Below, piece by piece: positions 1-9,366 of a stretch of DNA of 64,000 nucleotides (position 1 is the stretch's first letter; each line of letters starts with the position of its first letter). The stretch lies in NCBI GenBank assembly GCA_030694425.1, contig JAUXYI010000034.1, positions 31,298 through 95,297 of the forward strand, in the 5' to 3' direction. A program made the translations under genes and the position numbers. The DNA is from Thermodesulfovibrionia bacterium. Its GTDB lineage: Bacteria; Nitrospirota; Thermodesulfovibrionia; UBA6902; BMS3Bbin08. The notes below the pieces were generated by a model. It searched no databases. It saw only the letters and a program-made list of their open reading frames with translations, and was not told where the DNA came from.

Positions 1-1
1 T

Positions 2-637
2 ATTTTTTGATAAGATCTTAATATAATCTAAATCAACATTGCCTATTTCATTTAAACAAAGATGGTAATTACCAATACTTGAAATCTTGTAGATAAAATT
101 ATAAAAATTTATAAATATTTGTTTTTCTTTTTCTACCTCATGGAGTCTTTGCGTACGAGGATTTTTAATACCAATCTTTTCTCTTTGTAAGACTTTAATT
201 TTTTCTAATATTTTTTTTGGCTGAAACTCGCTATTTAACAAAACCAATAAATCTTCTCTTTCTTTACCTTTGAATTTATATTTCCCCTCATCAAAAAACG
301 GCATTGCTTCACGAAAAGTGGTAAAGCTATTTAAGTTGGGAAGCTCTTTTCTTATCTGTTCTTTACTTTTAAAGATTCTTCTTATTCTATGACACCTGTT
401 CTGGAATTCTCTTGTTATATAGCTTTTCTTTGCAATATTTTTAGTGCCTTCTGCATTCCCATAAACAGACCAAAACAAATTATGTGGCGCTATCTTATTT
501 TGTTCAATGTAGCTTTTTAAAATATCTCCAATATTCCACATGATTTCCAGAGACTCGGCACCTGTAATCTTATTCTTGGATTCTCTATACTTATTGTATA
601 GAGGCGTCATTTGCTGAATTAACTCATTTATGCTCAT
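2..637 (-). CDS. hypothetical protein, N-terminal part only (runs off the left edge); third gene of the GHKL-ATPase operon
   Basis: Not in the ORF track. Hand translation of the minus strand from the ATG at 637-635 stays open to position 2 (MSINELIQQMTPLYNKYRESKNKITGAESLEIMWNIGDIL...). The start lies 3 nt after the stop (643-641) of the upstream gene. No family recognised. Confidence 0.5.
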   Translation of the reverse strand, partial: MSINELIQQMTPLYNKYRESKNKITGAESLEIMWNIGDILKSYIEQNKIAPHNLFWSVYGNAEGTKNIAKKSYITREFQNRCHRIRRIFKSKEQIRKELPNLNSFTTFREAMPFFDEGKYKFKGKEREDLLVLLNSEFQPKKILEKIKVLQREKIGIKNPRTQRLHEVEKEKQIFINFYNFIYKISSIGNYHLCLNEIGNVDLDYIKILSKN

Positions 638-640
638 AAA

Positions 641-2413
641 TCAATTACTCAAATCTGAAAGATTCTTCCCGGATAGATCTTGCAGCATAGACTCGAATTG
701 ATATATAAAACTTACAAGATCGCCGAAATGTGATTTGCTGTATTCAGGCTGAGTCCCCTTTTTCGTATGAAACTTATCTTTGTAATGAACGGTAATTTCA
801 CCTGCAAGATAGGTTATTAAACGTTGTGTTATTTTTGGTGCTCCCCTTCTTAAGACATCAACTCTGCCTTGAAAGTCAGGATGTTGTCTAAATATCCTTA
901 TTTCACTGCCATATATGTTAGAGCGCATGGGTTCGTTTGTAACTGAATCAATATCTGGTTCTCTTTCGTCAATTCTGATATTAAATCCGCTCTTTTTCTT
1001 TTCACCGCCCTTAAATCCTGTATCTTCAAAAGGATTATTTGCTTCTTTGTTAGAAGCAGAGTCGCCGTCGGTACCACCGGGAATATCTCCAGAGTTTCCT
1101 CCGGTTCCTTTTCCTGTTCCTTCATTTTCGCCAACCATGTTATCGGAAGTTGCGTCATCCGTAAAACCTCCTCTGTCTTTTGCGCCTCTGTCGTCCTCGA
1201 TATCTTGTCCTGTGCCACCTTTTTGTAAATTTATATCGTTGCCGGATAAGTAATCTGTTCTGTAATTCATTGCATCTAATCTCGCCAACCTTGATAACGC
1301 CTGATTCAATCTATCTTCCAATTGTTGATAGTGTTTCTCTTCGGATTCTTTGTTTACGTTTCTTACAACATCCAAAATCAAGGGCTCTATTTCTAATAAA
1401 GTATTAAATACCGCCTTAGAGTTCGGTGTGTTTATGAAATCATTTCTTGCAATAGTTGGATCTAAAAAGCCTGCAAGGTCTATATATCCTGTAACATTTG
1501 GGTGATCCCACAACTCGCTTTTATGTACTGACTTAAAAGCTTTTATATCTTTAACCTCTGCAATTCTTCTTCCTTTACTTATAAATACTGGTCTCTTATT
1601 TATCTCCCTTCCCTTTGTCACTCTTATGAAAATATGTATTGGTTTATCAAGAGGTACTTTTGTTACTATTGGATTTTTCTTTCCTTTTACGAACGACAAT
1701 TCTCTTAGATCGTCTTTATATTCATCCCCTTCATATTGGTCATAATCAAATGGGTTGCAGACATATTCCTCTTTATCTTGAAGCAACTGACTGTTTACTC
1801 GAATTAATTTGATAGTAAGGTTCTTCCTGGATAATAATATTTCGAAGTGCTTTTCCACTTCGTTTTGCAATTCATTTATATTTATCTGTTTCCAGCTATG
1901 TTTATCAAATCCCGAAAGCACTATTTTCGTCCCTGACGTAAATTCAAATTTTTTGACTGTCTTAGGATTTGGGAAAGAAACATCTTCTTGTTTATCGGTA
2001 TCGAACTGATGCTTTTCTATCGGAAGATATTGAGCATTTTCTTTTTCTGTTTTTGATGTTACTTCGAGTTTTAAGCATGAAGCCATAAAAGAATAAATTC
2101 CGTATCCAAACTGCCCATTTGTTGTAAAGTCAGCCCTCTTATCAGAGTTGCCTATACTCTGCACAACCTTAGTAAAATTTGTGATACCAAAACAGTTGTC
2201 AGCTATTACTACTTTTCCATTCCTATAATTATCTCCGTGAATTTCTAAAGCTATTTCAATCGGGCGGGAATATCTTCTTGTCTTTTCATTATAGAAAGCT
2301 CCAGCGCTATCAAGCGAGTTGTCAATATATTCCATAAAAATTCGATTAACATCATTGTAGAGACTTGCGATAGACAGAATTATTCTTGGTGATATGTCTG
2401 CATGTATCGACAT
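641..2413 (-). CDS. GHKL-superfamily (HATPase_c_3 / MORC-like) ATPase with a Gly/Asp-rich low-complexity linker
   Basis: 590-aa ORF. N-box E28-YIDN-SLD, G1-like D72-NCFG, G2 G100-QFGYG. Residues ~397-476 are G/D/T/N-rich low complexity. Confidence 0.75.
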   Translation of the reverse strand: MSIHADISPRIILSIASLYNDVNRIFMEYIDNSLDSAGAFYNEKTRRYSRPIEIALEIHGDNYRNGKVVIADNCFGITNFTKVVQSIGNSDKRADFTTNGQFGYGIYSFMASCLKLEVTSKTEKENAQYLPIEKHQFDTDKQEDVSFPNPKTVKKFEFTSGTKIVLSGFDKHSWKQININELQNEVEKHFEILLSRKNLTIKLIRVNSQLLQDKEEYVCNPFDYDQYEGDEYKDDLRELSFVKGKKNPIVTKVPLDKPIHIFIRVTKGREINKRPVFISKGRRIAEVKDIKAFKSVHKSELWDHPNVTGYIDLAGFLDPTIARNDFINTPNSKAVFNTLLEIEPLILDVVRNVNKESEEKHYQQLEDRLNQALSRLARLDAMNYRTDYLSGNDINLQKGGTGQDIEDDRGAKDRGGFTDDATSDNMVGENEGTGKGTGGNSGDIPGGTDGDSASNKEANNPFEDTGFKGGEKKKSGFNIRIDEREPDIDSVTNEPMRSNIYGSEIRIFRQHPDFQGRVDVLRRGAPKITQRLITYLAGEITVHYKDKFHTKKGTQPEYSKSHFGDLVSFIYQFESMLQDLSGKNLSDLSN

Positions 2414-2499
2414 GTTATCCCCCTTGCAAAAAAATGAATTGTTTACAACCTAAACCTCTCTTCCCTCTGTCAAAACATCCATTTAGGTTTTTTTTAAAA

Positions 2500-3570
2500 T
2501 TATTTCCCATATCTCTCAAGAAAATCTTTGCCTTTTTCAGATATTGAATATCTAACCTGAATACCCTCTTTCTCTTTATCTATCAATCCGAGTTCTGACA
2601 TTCTTGACATTAAACCTGCCCTTTGAGTATTTATTACTGCATCCGATGAATCCCAAACGCCACCAAACTCTCTTTGTATCTCATTATTTAATGCGGTTCT
2701 ATCAGATATTCCAGTAACCATTTTATTTAGGAGCCATTTTATTGCATTGAATTCACCTTTAACATTTTTATAAACATGGTTAAGATAAAAATCTATTTCC
2801 AATTGCCCAAAGCTATTTTCATAATTTTTTAAATCAATCACAGGGTTTTCTAATCGGGCAAATTCATAACCTGCTTCGGTTATGCCAATTAAAACTTTAT
2901 TTTTATCGTCTTTCATAAAGTTTGCAAATCTTAAGAACGGCATAGCACCGTCGAGTTTGCCGTCTTTTCTTAAACTGCCTATAAAATGTGCTTTATATCT
3001 TGTTAAGCTCTTAAACTGGTCTTCTGAAATTCTCGGTAATCCTGCAGAAATTTTATCATCTCGCTTTTTGTTTTTTTCTTCCTCATAAGATTTAATTGCT
3101 TTCCCAACGTCAATAGCTATTTTAGCTGCTTTTTCTTTGAATTTTTCGAGTTCTATCCATTGCCCTGAAGCTATTTCATTAAGCAAATATCTTAATGCTA
3201 ATTTAACAGGAAAGATTCTATTTATCTGCCCCCACATCCAGCATTTTTCTTCTATGATATTATTTTGACAGGAAGCTAAGTCAGAATAAATTGGGGGCGT
3301 AACTGGCACAGGGATTTCATCTGGTATGGGTAAAAATATCTCTATATCTTCTTCAAGGAAGCCCCTTGTATCATGGAATTTTTGTTTAATAAAAGGTTTT
3401 CTTTTAACACCCGTCCCGGCTTCTATCCTTGGCATATTACTTTTCTCAATATGAAGTTGATTTTCTATAGCAACAGATACAAACTGATTTACACTTTCAT
3501 AGCAATGTGCCTCTATTAAAGCTTCAATTTGTTTAGCCTGTGCTTGAGAAATATCAATTATATACCGCAT
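2500..3570 (-). CDS. hypothetical protein with ribbon-helix-helix-like N-terminus and possible C-terminal winged-helix; first gene of the GHKL operon
   Basis: 356-aa ORF. The N-terminus (ISQAQAKQIEALIEAHCYESVNQFVSVAIENQL) resembles CopG/RHH. GGAGG lies upstream of the ATG. No other family recognised. Confidence 0.55.
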   Translation of the reverse strand: MRYIIDISQAQAKQIEALIEAHCYESVNQFVSVAIENQLHIEKSNMPRIEAGTGVKRKPFIKQKFHDTRGFLEEDIEIFLPIPDEIPVPVTPPIYSDLASCQNNIIEEKCWMWGQINRIFPVKLALRYLLNEIASGQWIELEKFKEKAAKIAIDVGKAIKSYEEEKNKKRDDKISAGLPRISEDQFKSLTRYKAHFIGSLRKDGKLDGAMPFLRFANFMKDDKNKVLIGITEAGYEFARLENPVIDLKNYENSFGQLEIDFYLNHVYKNVKGEFNAIKWLLNKMVTGISDRTALNNEIQREFGGVWDSSDAVINTQRAGLMSRMSELGLIDKEKEGIQVRYSISEKGKDFLERYGK

Positions 3571-3621
3571 CCATCCTCCATAATTAATTAAATATTATTA
3601 AACTTATTTAATTTTAATAGA

Positions 3622-3650
3622 ATAATACAACATTTTAAATAAATTGTCAA
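3622..3650 (-). promoter_or_regulatory. sigma70-like promoter for the GHKL operon
   Basis: On the minus strand: TTGACA (3650-3645), a 17-nt spacer, then TATTAT (3627-3622), about 50 nt upstream of the 3570 start. Confidence 0.4.
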
Positions 3651-3790
3651 TAGTTTTAAATAATTATGCATAAAAAATTAAAACTTAATTGAATTTAACT
3701 TAAGATTTGAGGGTTTTTAAGAAGATTAAGGCAGGATAATTAATTCTCGTATGGCATCAAAAACCTTGTCAAACGATTATTATCTCGGGC

Positions 3791-4594
3791 TTAAAGCGGA
3801 TTGTTACGATCATCAAATCCCGGCCTCCTAAAACTTCTTGCATTAGGAAAAACCTGTTCAGTTTTCCTTTGCAGCCGACCTAAATGCAAAAGTATATCCA
3901 GAATGCTCTCCATTTTTTCGGGGAAACACGCCTGCAGCCTTCCCCATGCCGCAATAGAACGATCCATTCCAATCAATGCAACTTTCACAGAGCCGTCTGA
4001 ATCCTTCTGTAAGGTGGTGTCACTTTCAATTTCTTCTGCGAAATCTTCCTGCGTAAGTGCCCTCATAAGTTTTACATAAATTTGATGCTGATACCAACGA
4101 ATAATCTCAATTGCATTATTGATACTGTTAGCTTCCACATGCGGAGCAGTACCGTCTATGCCGAGTTCTAACATGGTATTGAGGTCTTCTTGTTTTCGTT
4201 CAAAAATTGGATATTCTGTCCCAAACCACTTATCAACCATTTTTGCATATTCAAGTGCTGTTTGTGAGAGCTCGTGATTTTCTGCATTGTCTGTTTTGCT
4301 GTCGATTTCTCTGGATGCAGATTCTATATCTGCAGAATTCAAATCAATTCCCTTTTCTTTTGCTAATTCGATTATCATTTCTTTTGTCTGTTGGAATATT
4401 TTGTGCAACTTATCCCAAAAGGCTTTATTATTCAAGTCATGAGCTATTGAATCATCTTCGTCTTCTTCACTCATTGCGTAATTCAGACAGCGGGATGTAA
4501 AGATACACCGCTCACACCAGCGGTCACAGTAGTTATAAATTCCTGAAATAAATCGGGAGTCCTTAGCCAGCCTTAAAATATCTTCCTTGTCCAT
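3791..4594 (-). CDS. hypothetical Cys-motif protein
   Basis: 267-aa ORF co-directional with yibQ. N-terminal cluster C-DRW-C-ER-C-IFTSR-C. No other recognisable motif. Confidence 0.6.
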   Translation of the reverse strand: MDKEDILRLAKDSRFISGIYNYCDRWCERCIFTSRCLNYAMSEEDEDDSIAHDLNNKAFWDKLHKIFQQTKEMIIELAKEKGIDLNSADIESASREIDSKTDNAENHELSQTALEYAKMVDKWFGTEYPIFERKQEDLNTMLELGIDGTAPHVEANSINNAIEIIRWYQHQIYVKLMRALTQEDFAEEIESDTTLQKDSDGSVKVALIGMDRSIAAWGRLQACFPEKMESILDILLHLGRLQRKTEQVFPNARSFRRPGFDDRNNPL

Positions 4595-4638
4595 TTGTTC
4601 TTAAACCTCTCCAGTTTTGCAACCTTATTAAAACTTTT

Positions 4639-5472
4639 TTAAGGAGACGCAGTTATTTCAGAAAGAGGCACGATTTTTACTTCATTCTTTGGAAGGGTTT
4701 CTTTTAAGAATCTAATGGTGTTTTCTCTTGGATGGGCGAGTATAATCGCATATCCCTGCTTGTGTGCAATTTTTACTGCCTTCTCCCACTGTTCTTTTAT
4801 ATAATCAGCAGTATCTTTGTCATCAAGGAACACATCCCGTTTTAATGCCTTTATCCCTTGTTTCTCTGCAAGTTTGAAACCTGCTGATATCGGGCTTGTC
4901 AGGCTGTCTAAGAAAAAAAGTTTATGTTCTTTAAGCACAGCTATGGGAATAGACATAGCCCTTTCATCTTCAGTAAATGCAGAACCCATATGATTGCTAA
5001 CACCTTTTATATGAGGTATTGAATTAATATCACCTGCAAATGTCTCCCTGATTTCACTATCAGTCATCCATGTATAAAGCCCTCCCTTACCCAGCTTGAA
5101 TGTGCCTTTTGCTTCCATTGGAATATGTCCTATAACATCGTGGCCTCGCTTATTGCCTTCTTCTGCAATCCATTTTGTGTAAGTTTCATGGGGGAGGATA
5201 GAAAGGGTGAAAGATCCATTTATGCCAAGAATATCCAGAGCAGCCTTTTTACTTGGTCCAAGGTCATCAATCACAAGAGCAACTTTAGGAAGGGCTTCAT
5301 GTTTTTTTTCAGGTTGAGCAGGTTTTATAGTTTTTACCGGCTTGATGCCTTCTTTACTGAATTCCCTGTAAAGAAAAAATACCCCTATTACTGTCAGAAA
5401 TAAAATTAGCAGGATGTGATAATGCCTTTTGCCTTTAGATTTTCTTCTTTTAATTCTCTCTTTTGAGGACAT
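4639..5472 (-). CDS. yibQ: divergent polysaccharide deacetylase family protein (YibQ-like)
   Basis: N-terminal TM segment. VALVIDDLG, GHIPMEA, NHMGSAFT and FFLDSLTS match the YibQ-type pattern. Confidence 0.75.
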   Translation of the reverse strand: MSSKERIKRRKSKGKRHYHILLILFLTVIGVFFLYREFSKEGIKPVKTIKPAQPEKKHEALPKVALVIDDLGPSKKAALDILGINGSFTLSILPHETYTKWIAEEGNKRGHDVIGHIPMEAKGTFKLGKGGLYTWMTDSEIRETFAGDINSIPHIKGVSNHMGSAFTEDERAMSIPIAVLKEHKLFFLDSLTSPISAGFKLAEKQGIKALKRDVFLDDKDTADYIKEQWEKAVKIAHKQGYAIILAHPRENTIRFLKETLPKNEVKIVPLSEITASP

Positions 5473-5511
5473 TTATTTATGACCCGTCTGCGACAAGTAG
5501 AGTAGAGAAGA

Positions 5512-6162
5512 TTATTGATTTAAGTCGAATATCTCTACGCCTGGTTGTAGTTTAAAGGTAAAAATTGAGTCTTCAAGACCGGAATTTATTTTAACATCCT
5601 TAACCGTAATATCAATCTTATTGCCATAAACGTCAAATACGCTGAATGTTTTTACCGGAAAATCAGTAGAATTAATCTCCAGGAGCAATTTATTTATAAA
5701 ACCCATTCTGCGCTTTGGTGTTAACTCAAGAGCATCATCCTTTATCAGTTTTATATCAAAATCATTTTTAAGGTCTCCAAAGTTATTGAGCAAGGCTATT
5801 GGGACTTGGCTGTAGGCATCTTTGCTGAATGCGCTTTTAAGCACCTGCTTGTCAGATTTTTTATAAATCCATATATCATTTTCTCTGATTATAACTTCTT
5901 CGTCTCTTGGTTTAGAAAAATTCCACCTCATGCTTGAAGGTTTTTTTATAAAGAATTCGCCCTCATATCGTTCCGTTCTGTCAAGGTCTTTTATATGGCT
6001 TGTTTGAGAAAATCTCCCCTGAACATCCTTGATTTCACCATATGTCTTTTGTATTCGTCCAACAACCTCATCTACAGTAGAAGCATGAGAAGTAGAGACA
6101 ATAGACAATAGACAATAGACAGCAGACATAAAGAACATCAAGAAAATTTGAAATTTTCTCAT
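5512..6162 (-). CDS. lolA: outer-membrane lipoprotein carrier protein LolA
   Basis: Signal peptide, and a LolA-like pattern GEFFIKKPSSMRWNF...IWIYKKSDKQV. Overlaps the ftsK stop by 4 nt. Confidence 0.8.
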   Translation of the reverse strand: MRKFQIFLMFFMSAVYCLLSIVSTSHASTVDEVVGRIQKTYGEIKDVQGRFSQTSHIKDLDRTERYEGEFFIKKPSSMRWNFSKPRDEEVIIRENDIWIYKKSDKQVLKSAFSKDAYSQVPIALLNNFGDLKNDFDIKLIKDDALELTPKRRMGFINKLLLEINSTDFPVKTFSVFDVYGNKIDITVKDVKINSGLEDSIFTFKLQPGVEIFDLNQ

Positions 6163-8237
6163 TTTTTCCTTCTGAGTATTTCCCTTGGTTTGCCAGCCTC
6201 GCCAGGCGGCCCGATAATCCCTTCCTCTTCCATCATCTCAATAATCCTTGCTGCCCTGTTATACCCTATTTTTAGTCTGCGCTGGACATAAGATATTGAT
6301 GCCTGGCCGGTTGAGAGCACTAAGTCTTTTGCCTGGTGATAGAGTTCGTCCCTTTCTTCAAGAGTAGATTCTTCTGTTTCTTCAGGGATAAGTTCATCAA
6401 ATGTTGTGTAGTCAGGCGCACCCTGAGTTTTTATAAAATCAACTACTGTTTTTACTTCTTCTTCGCTTACATAAGCTCCGTGTATCCTTGTTGTCCTCCA
6501 GCCCGGACTGACAAAGAGCATATCGCCCTTGCCGAGAAGTTGTTCAGCGCCGTATGTGTCAAGTATAATCCTTGAGTCTAATTTAGAAGCGACCCGGAAA
6601 GATACCCTTGAGGAAAAATTCGCCTTGATTACGCCTGTAATGACATCAACAGAAGGCCTCTGCGTAGCGAGGATAAGGTGAATGCCTGCTGCCCTTGCCA
6701 TCTGCGCAAGTCTTGCAATTGAATTTTCAACCTCATAGGCAGAGAGAAGCATAAGGTCTGCAAGTTCATCAATAAATATTACAAGATAAGGAATTGGCTC
6801 TGTTTCCCCTTCATGTGCTGATTTAATCTTTTTGTTGTACGTCTCTATGTTCCTTGAGCCTGTCTCAGCAAGCAGACGGTATCTGCGCTCCATTTCTAAC
6901 ACTATTTTTCTGAGGGCATCCGCGGCATCTTTCGGCGAAGTAATAATAGGAAGCATGAGATGAGGGATTCCCTCATACACAGGAAGTTCAAGCATTTTTG
7001 GGTCTATCATTATCATTTTAACTTCTTTTGGAGTTGCCCTGTAAAGAAGGCTTAAAACCATTGAATTCAGGCCAACGCTTTTGCCAGAACCAGTAGCGCC
7101 TGCTATGAGCAGATGGGGCATTTTGCCTAAATCAACCACAACCGGATTGCCGAATATATCTTTGCCAAGAGCAAGGCTTAATTTTGATGAACCCTTTCTG
7201 AATGTATCAGATGAGAAAATCTCCTTCAGGAAAACATCTTCTCTCTCTTTGTTTGGCACTTCTATCCCAAGGGTCCCCATTCCGGGCAGCTGGGATATAC
7301 GCAGGCTGGTTGCCTTAAGCGTCAATGCAAGGTCATCTGCCAGAGATATAACTCTATTTATCTTAACGCCTGGCGCGGGCTCAAACTCAAACAGCGTAAC
7401 AATAGGCCCGGGTGAAACCTGTGTAATTTTACCTTCTATGGAGAAGTCCTGCAATTTCTTCTCAAGTAAACTGGAGCTTAAAAGCAAGTCTTCTTTTGTA
7501 GGTCTTGATTTTGAAGGAGGAGGGTTTTTTAAAAACTCAATATCCGGAAGCACATAATCACCTTTTGCCTTTGTCAGAGATGTTGGACGCTGCTTTGGCT
7601 CTGCCGGATAAGACAGTGGAAGAGGTTCCTGCTTGTATGTTGGGGACTGCACATGAGGTTCTTCAAATCTTATCTGCGGCTGCTCTTTAACTTTTTCCTT
7701 GAAAGGTATAGATACAGTAGAAACCTTTTTCGCTCCTCTCAGGAAATCAAAAATTGAAAATGGAATAAGAAACATCAGTGTAACAAATGTAAGAGGAATA
7801 AAGAGAAGATACGAGCCCACTGTTGATATCAATCTCAAAGAAACGCCTGTTACAAGAACGCCAATCATGCCCCCCATAGCGCCCTGAAACATAAGGGTAA
7901 AAAGAGAGGACATAGAGAGCATAAGTATAATAGTTGCTCCAATAGTTACAATTAATCTGTGTCTCTTTTCTTTGCCTAATATTTCCCTTATGCCATAGAT
8001 GCAGAAAATCAGAGGAATAATATAAGCTGTGATGCCTAATGCCTGAAGCAGTGTATCTGACAGATAAGAACCAAAAACCCCAAGCAGGTTTTTCACGCCC
8101 GCTGTTTTAGACGCATTACGTGTAAAAAAAGACGGATCCCATTGATTGTGGGTTATAAGGCTTGTAAAAATAATTAAGGAAAGGGTAATGGCTAATATGC
8201 CGGCGATTTCGTGTTTTATGCGTCTAATCTTTCCCAT
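6159..8237 (-). CDS. ftsK: DNA translocase FtsK
   Basis: N-terminal TM segments, Walker A GATGSGKS, C-terminal gamma wHTH (SISYVQRRLKIGYNRAARIIE). Confidence 0.95.
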   Translation of the reverse strand: MGKIRRIKHEIAGILAITLSLIIFTSLITHNQWDPSFFTRNASKTAGVKNLLGVFGSYLSDTLLQALGITAYIIPLIFCIYGIREILGKEKRHRLIVTIGATIILMLSMSSLFTLMFQGAMGGMIGVLVTGVSLRLISTVGSYLLFIPLTFVTLMFLIPFSIFDFLRGAKKVSTVSIPFKEKVKEQPQIRFEEPHVQSPTYKQEPLPLSYPAEPKQRPTSLTKAKGDYVLPDIEFLKNPPPSKSRPTKEDLLLSSSLLEKKLQDFSIEGKITQVSPGPIVTLFEFEPAPGVKINRVISLADDLALTLKATSLRISQLPGMGTLGIEVPNKEREDVFLKEIFSSDTFRKGSSKLSLALGKDIFGNPVVVDLGKMPHLLIAGATGSGKSVGLNSMVLSLLYRATPKEVKMIMIDPKMLELPVYEGIPHLMLPIITSPKDAADALRKIVLEMERRYRLLAETGSRNIETYNKKIKSAHEGETEPIPYLVIFIDELADLMLLSAYEVENSIARLAQMARAAGIHLILATQRPSVDVITGVIKANFSSRVSFRVASKLDSRIILDTYGAEQLLGKGDMLFVSPGWRTTRIHGAYVSEEEVKTVVDFIKTQGAPDYTTFDELIPEETEESTLEERDELYHQAKDLVLSTGQASISYVQRRLKIGYNRAARIIEMMEEEGIIGPPGEAGKPREILRRKK

Positions 8238-8245
8238 ATAGTTAT

Positions 8246-8317
8246 AGGGTTCCAGGATTCAAGGGTGCGAGGGGTCGTCCCGAATAATCGGGATGAATCC
8301 TTGACCCCTTGAACCCT
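8246..8317. repeat. 72-nt nested palindromic element (three stems)
   Basis: AGGGTTC/GAACCCT, AGGATTCA/TGAATCCT and TCCCGA-ATAA-TCGGGA are nested in the uppP-ftsK spacer. Confidence 0.5.
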
Positions 8318-8385
8318 ACTTTGCCCATATTGTTAATATGATAACAAAAGCAAGCAAAAAACGATAATCCTAAAAACGGCAGTTA

Positions 8386-8516
8386 GCCGCTGATTTGCGC
8401 AGATTGACACGGATTTCTCAATGAATTACAAGAAGTTCATATTTCACCTTTTTGGTAAGGTATGAAATAAGTATAACTTTTTGTTCTATCGGTCTTTATC
8501 TGCGTTTATCTGTGGC
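8386..8516. repeat. family D interspersed repeat (CAGATT / ATCTG units)
   Basis: gctgatttgcgcagattgacacggat ... ggtctttatctgcgtttatctgtgg. Related to the 55427-55527 copy. Confidence 0.4.
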
Positions 8517-8574
8517 CAAATGCTTTTTATAGGATAATAAGAAAAGTGACTGAGAAATAAGTTTATTGTTTTAA

Positions 8575-9366
8575 TTACAGATAGTAAAAAAGTATAACAG
8601 CGCCAAAGATGATACGGTATATGGCAAAGGAGTCAAAGGTATGTCTTGTAACAAACCCAAGGAATGCCTTTATAACAAACAATGCCGAAAAAAAGGAGAC
8701 AAAGAAGCCAACCACGAAGATGGGTAAATCGTCTATGGTTAAATAGTGAAGGTTTTTTAAGAGGTCATACGATGTAGCAGCAAACATGGTGGGTATTGCA
8801 AGGAAGAAGGAGAATTCTGTAGCGACTTTTCGTTCTAACCCGAAGCACATAGCGCCCATTATTGTTGCACCAGCCCTTGAAACGCCCGGGAAAAGCGACA
8901 AGGTCTGTGCCAGACCAATACCCAGAGCCTGTTTAAACGAAACGTCATCCACATCCAGGACAATTGATTTTTTTACAACCCTTTCAATCACAAGTATGGC
9001 AATGCCGCCAATGACCAGCGCAATAGCAACGGTTATAGGATTAAACAGATGATGTTTTATAAAGGAATGCGTGATAAGTCCAATAAATGCAGCGGGCAGG
9101 AACGCTGTCAGGAGATTTAATAGAAAGCGGTTTGTCTTTTCTGCGCCGATACTCTTTATTGTGGATGATACTTTTTTACGATACAACCATACCACTGCAA
9201 GGATTGCGCCAAGCTGTATAAATACCTCAAAGGTTTTTGCCGTATCGCCGGTAAAGCCGAGGATATCACCCGCAAGGATAAGGTGGCCTGTTGAAGATAT
9301 GGGTAAAAATTCCGTAACGCCTTCCACTACACCCAGTATCACTGCTTTAAAAATATCCGTATCCAT
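8575..9366 (-). CDS. uppP: undecaprenyl-diphosphate phosphatase
   Basis: Polytopic membrane protein with the BacA/UppP N-terminal signature GVVEGVTEFLPISSTGHL. Confidence 0.9.
   Translation of the reverse strand: MDTDIFKAVILGVVEGVTEFLPISSTGHLILAGDILGFTGDTAKTFEVFIQLGAILAVVWLYRKKVSSTIKSIGAEKTNRFLLNLLTAFLPAAFIGLITHSFIKHHLFNPITVAIALVIGGIAILVIERVVKKSIVLDVDDVSFKQALGIGLAQTLSLFPGVSRAGATIMGAMCFGLERKVATEFSFFLAIPTMFAATSYDLLKNLHYLTIDDLPIFVVGFFVSFFSALFVIKAFLGFVTRHTFDSFAIYRIIFGAVILFYYL

Noticed and set aside
898-1407. Three ORFs (898-1218 on the minus strand, 915-1253 and 1180-1407 on the plus strand) inside the GHKL ATPase gene
   Set aside because: They overlap a much longer ORF with clear GHKL motifs and arise from the low-complexity G/D-rich coding stretch.
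3791-4594. CX3CX2C motif suggesting a radical SAM enzyme
   Set aside because: The protein is only 267 aa, has no recognisable SAM-binding (GGE-like) or TIM-barrel features, and the motif sits in an otherwise helical acidic protein. It is reported only as a Cys-cluster protein.
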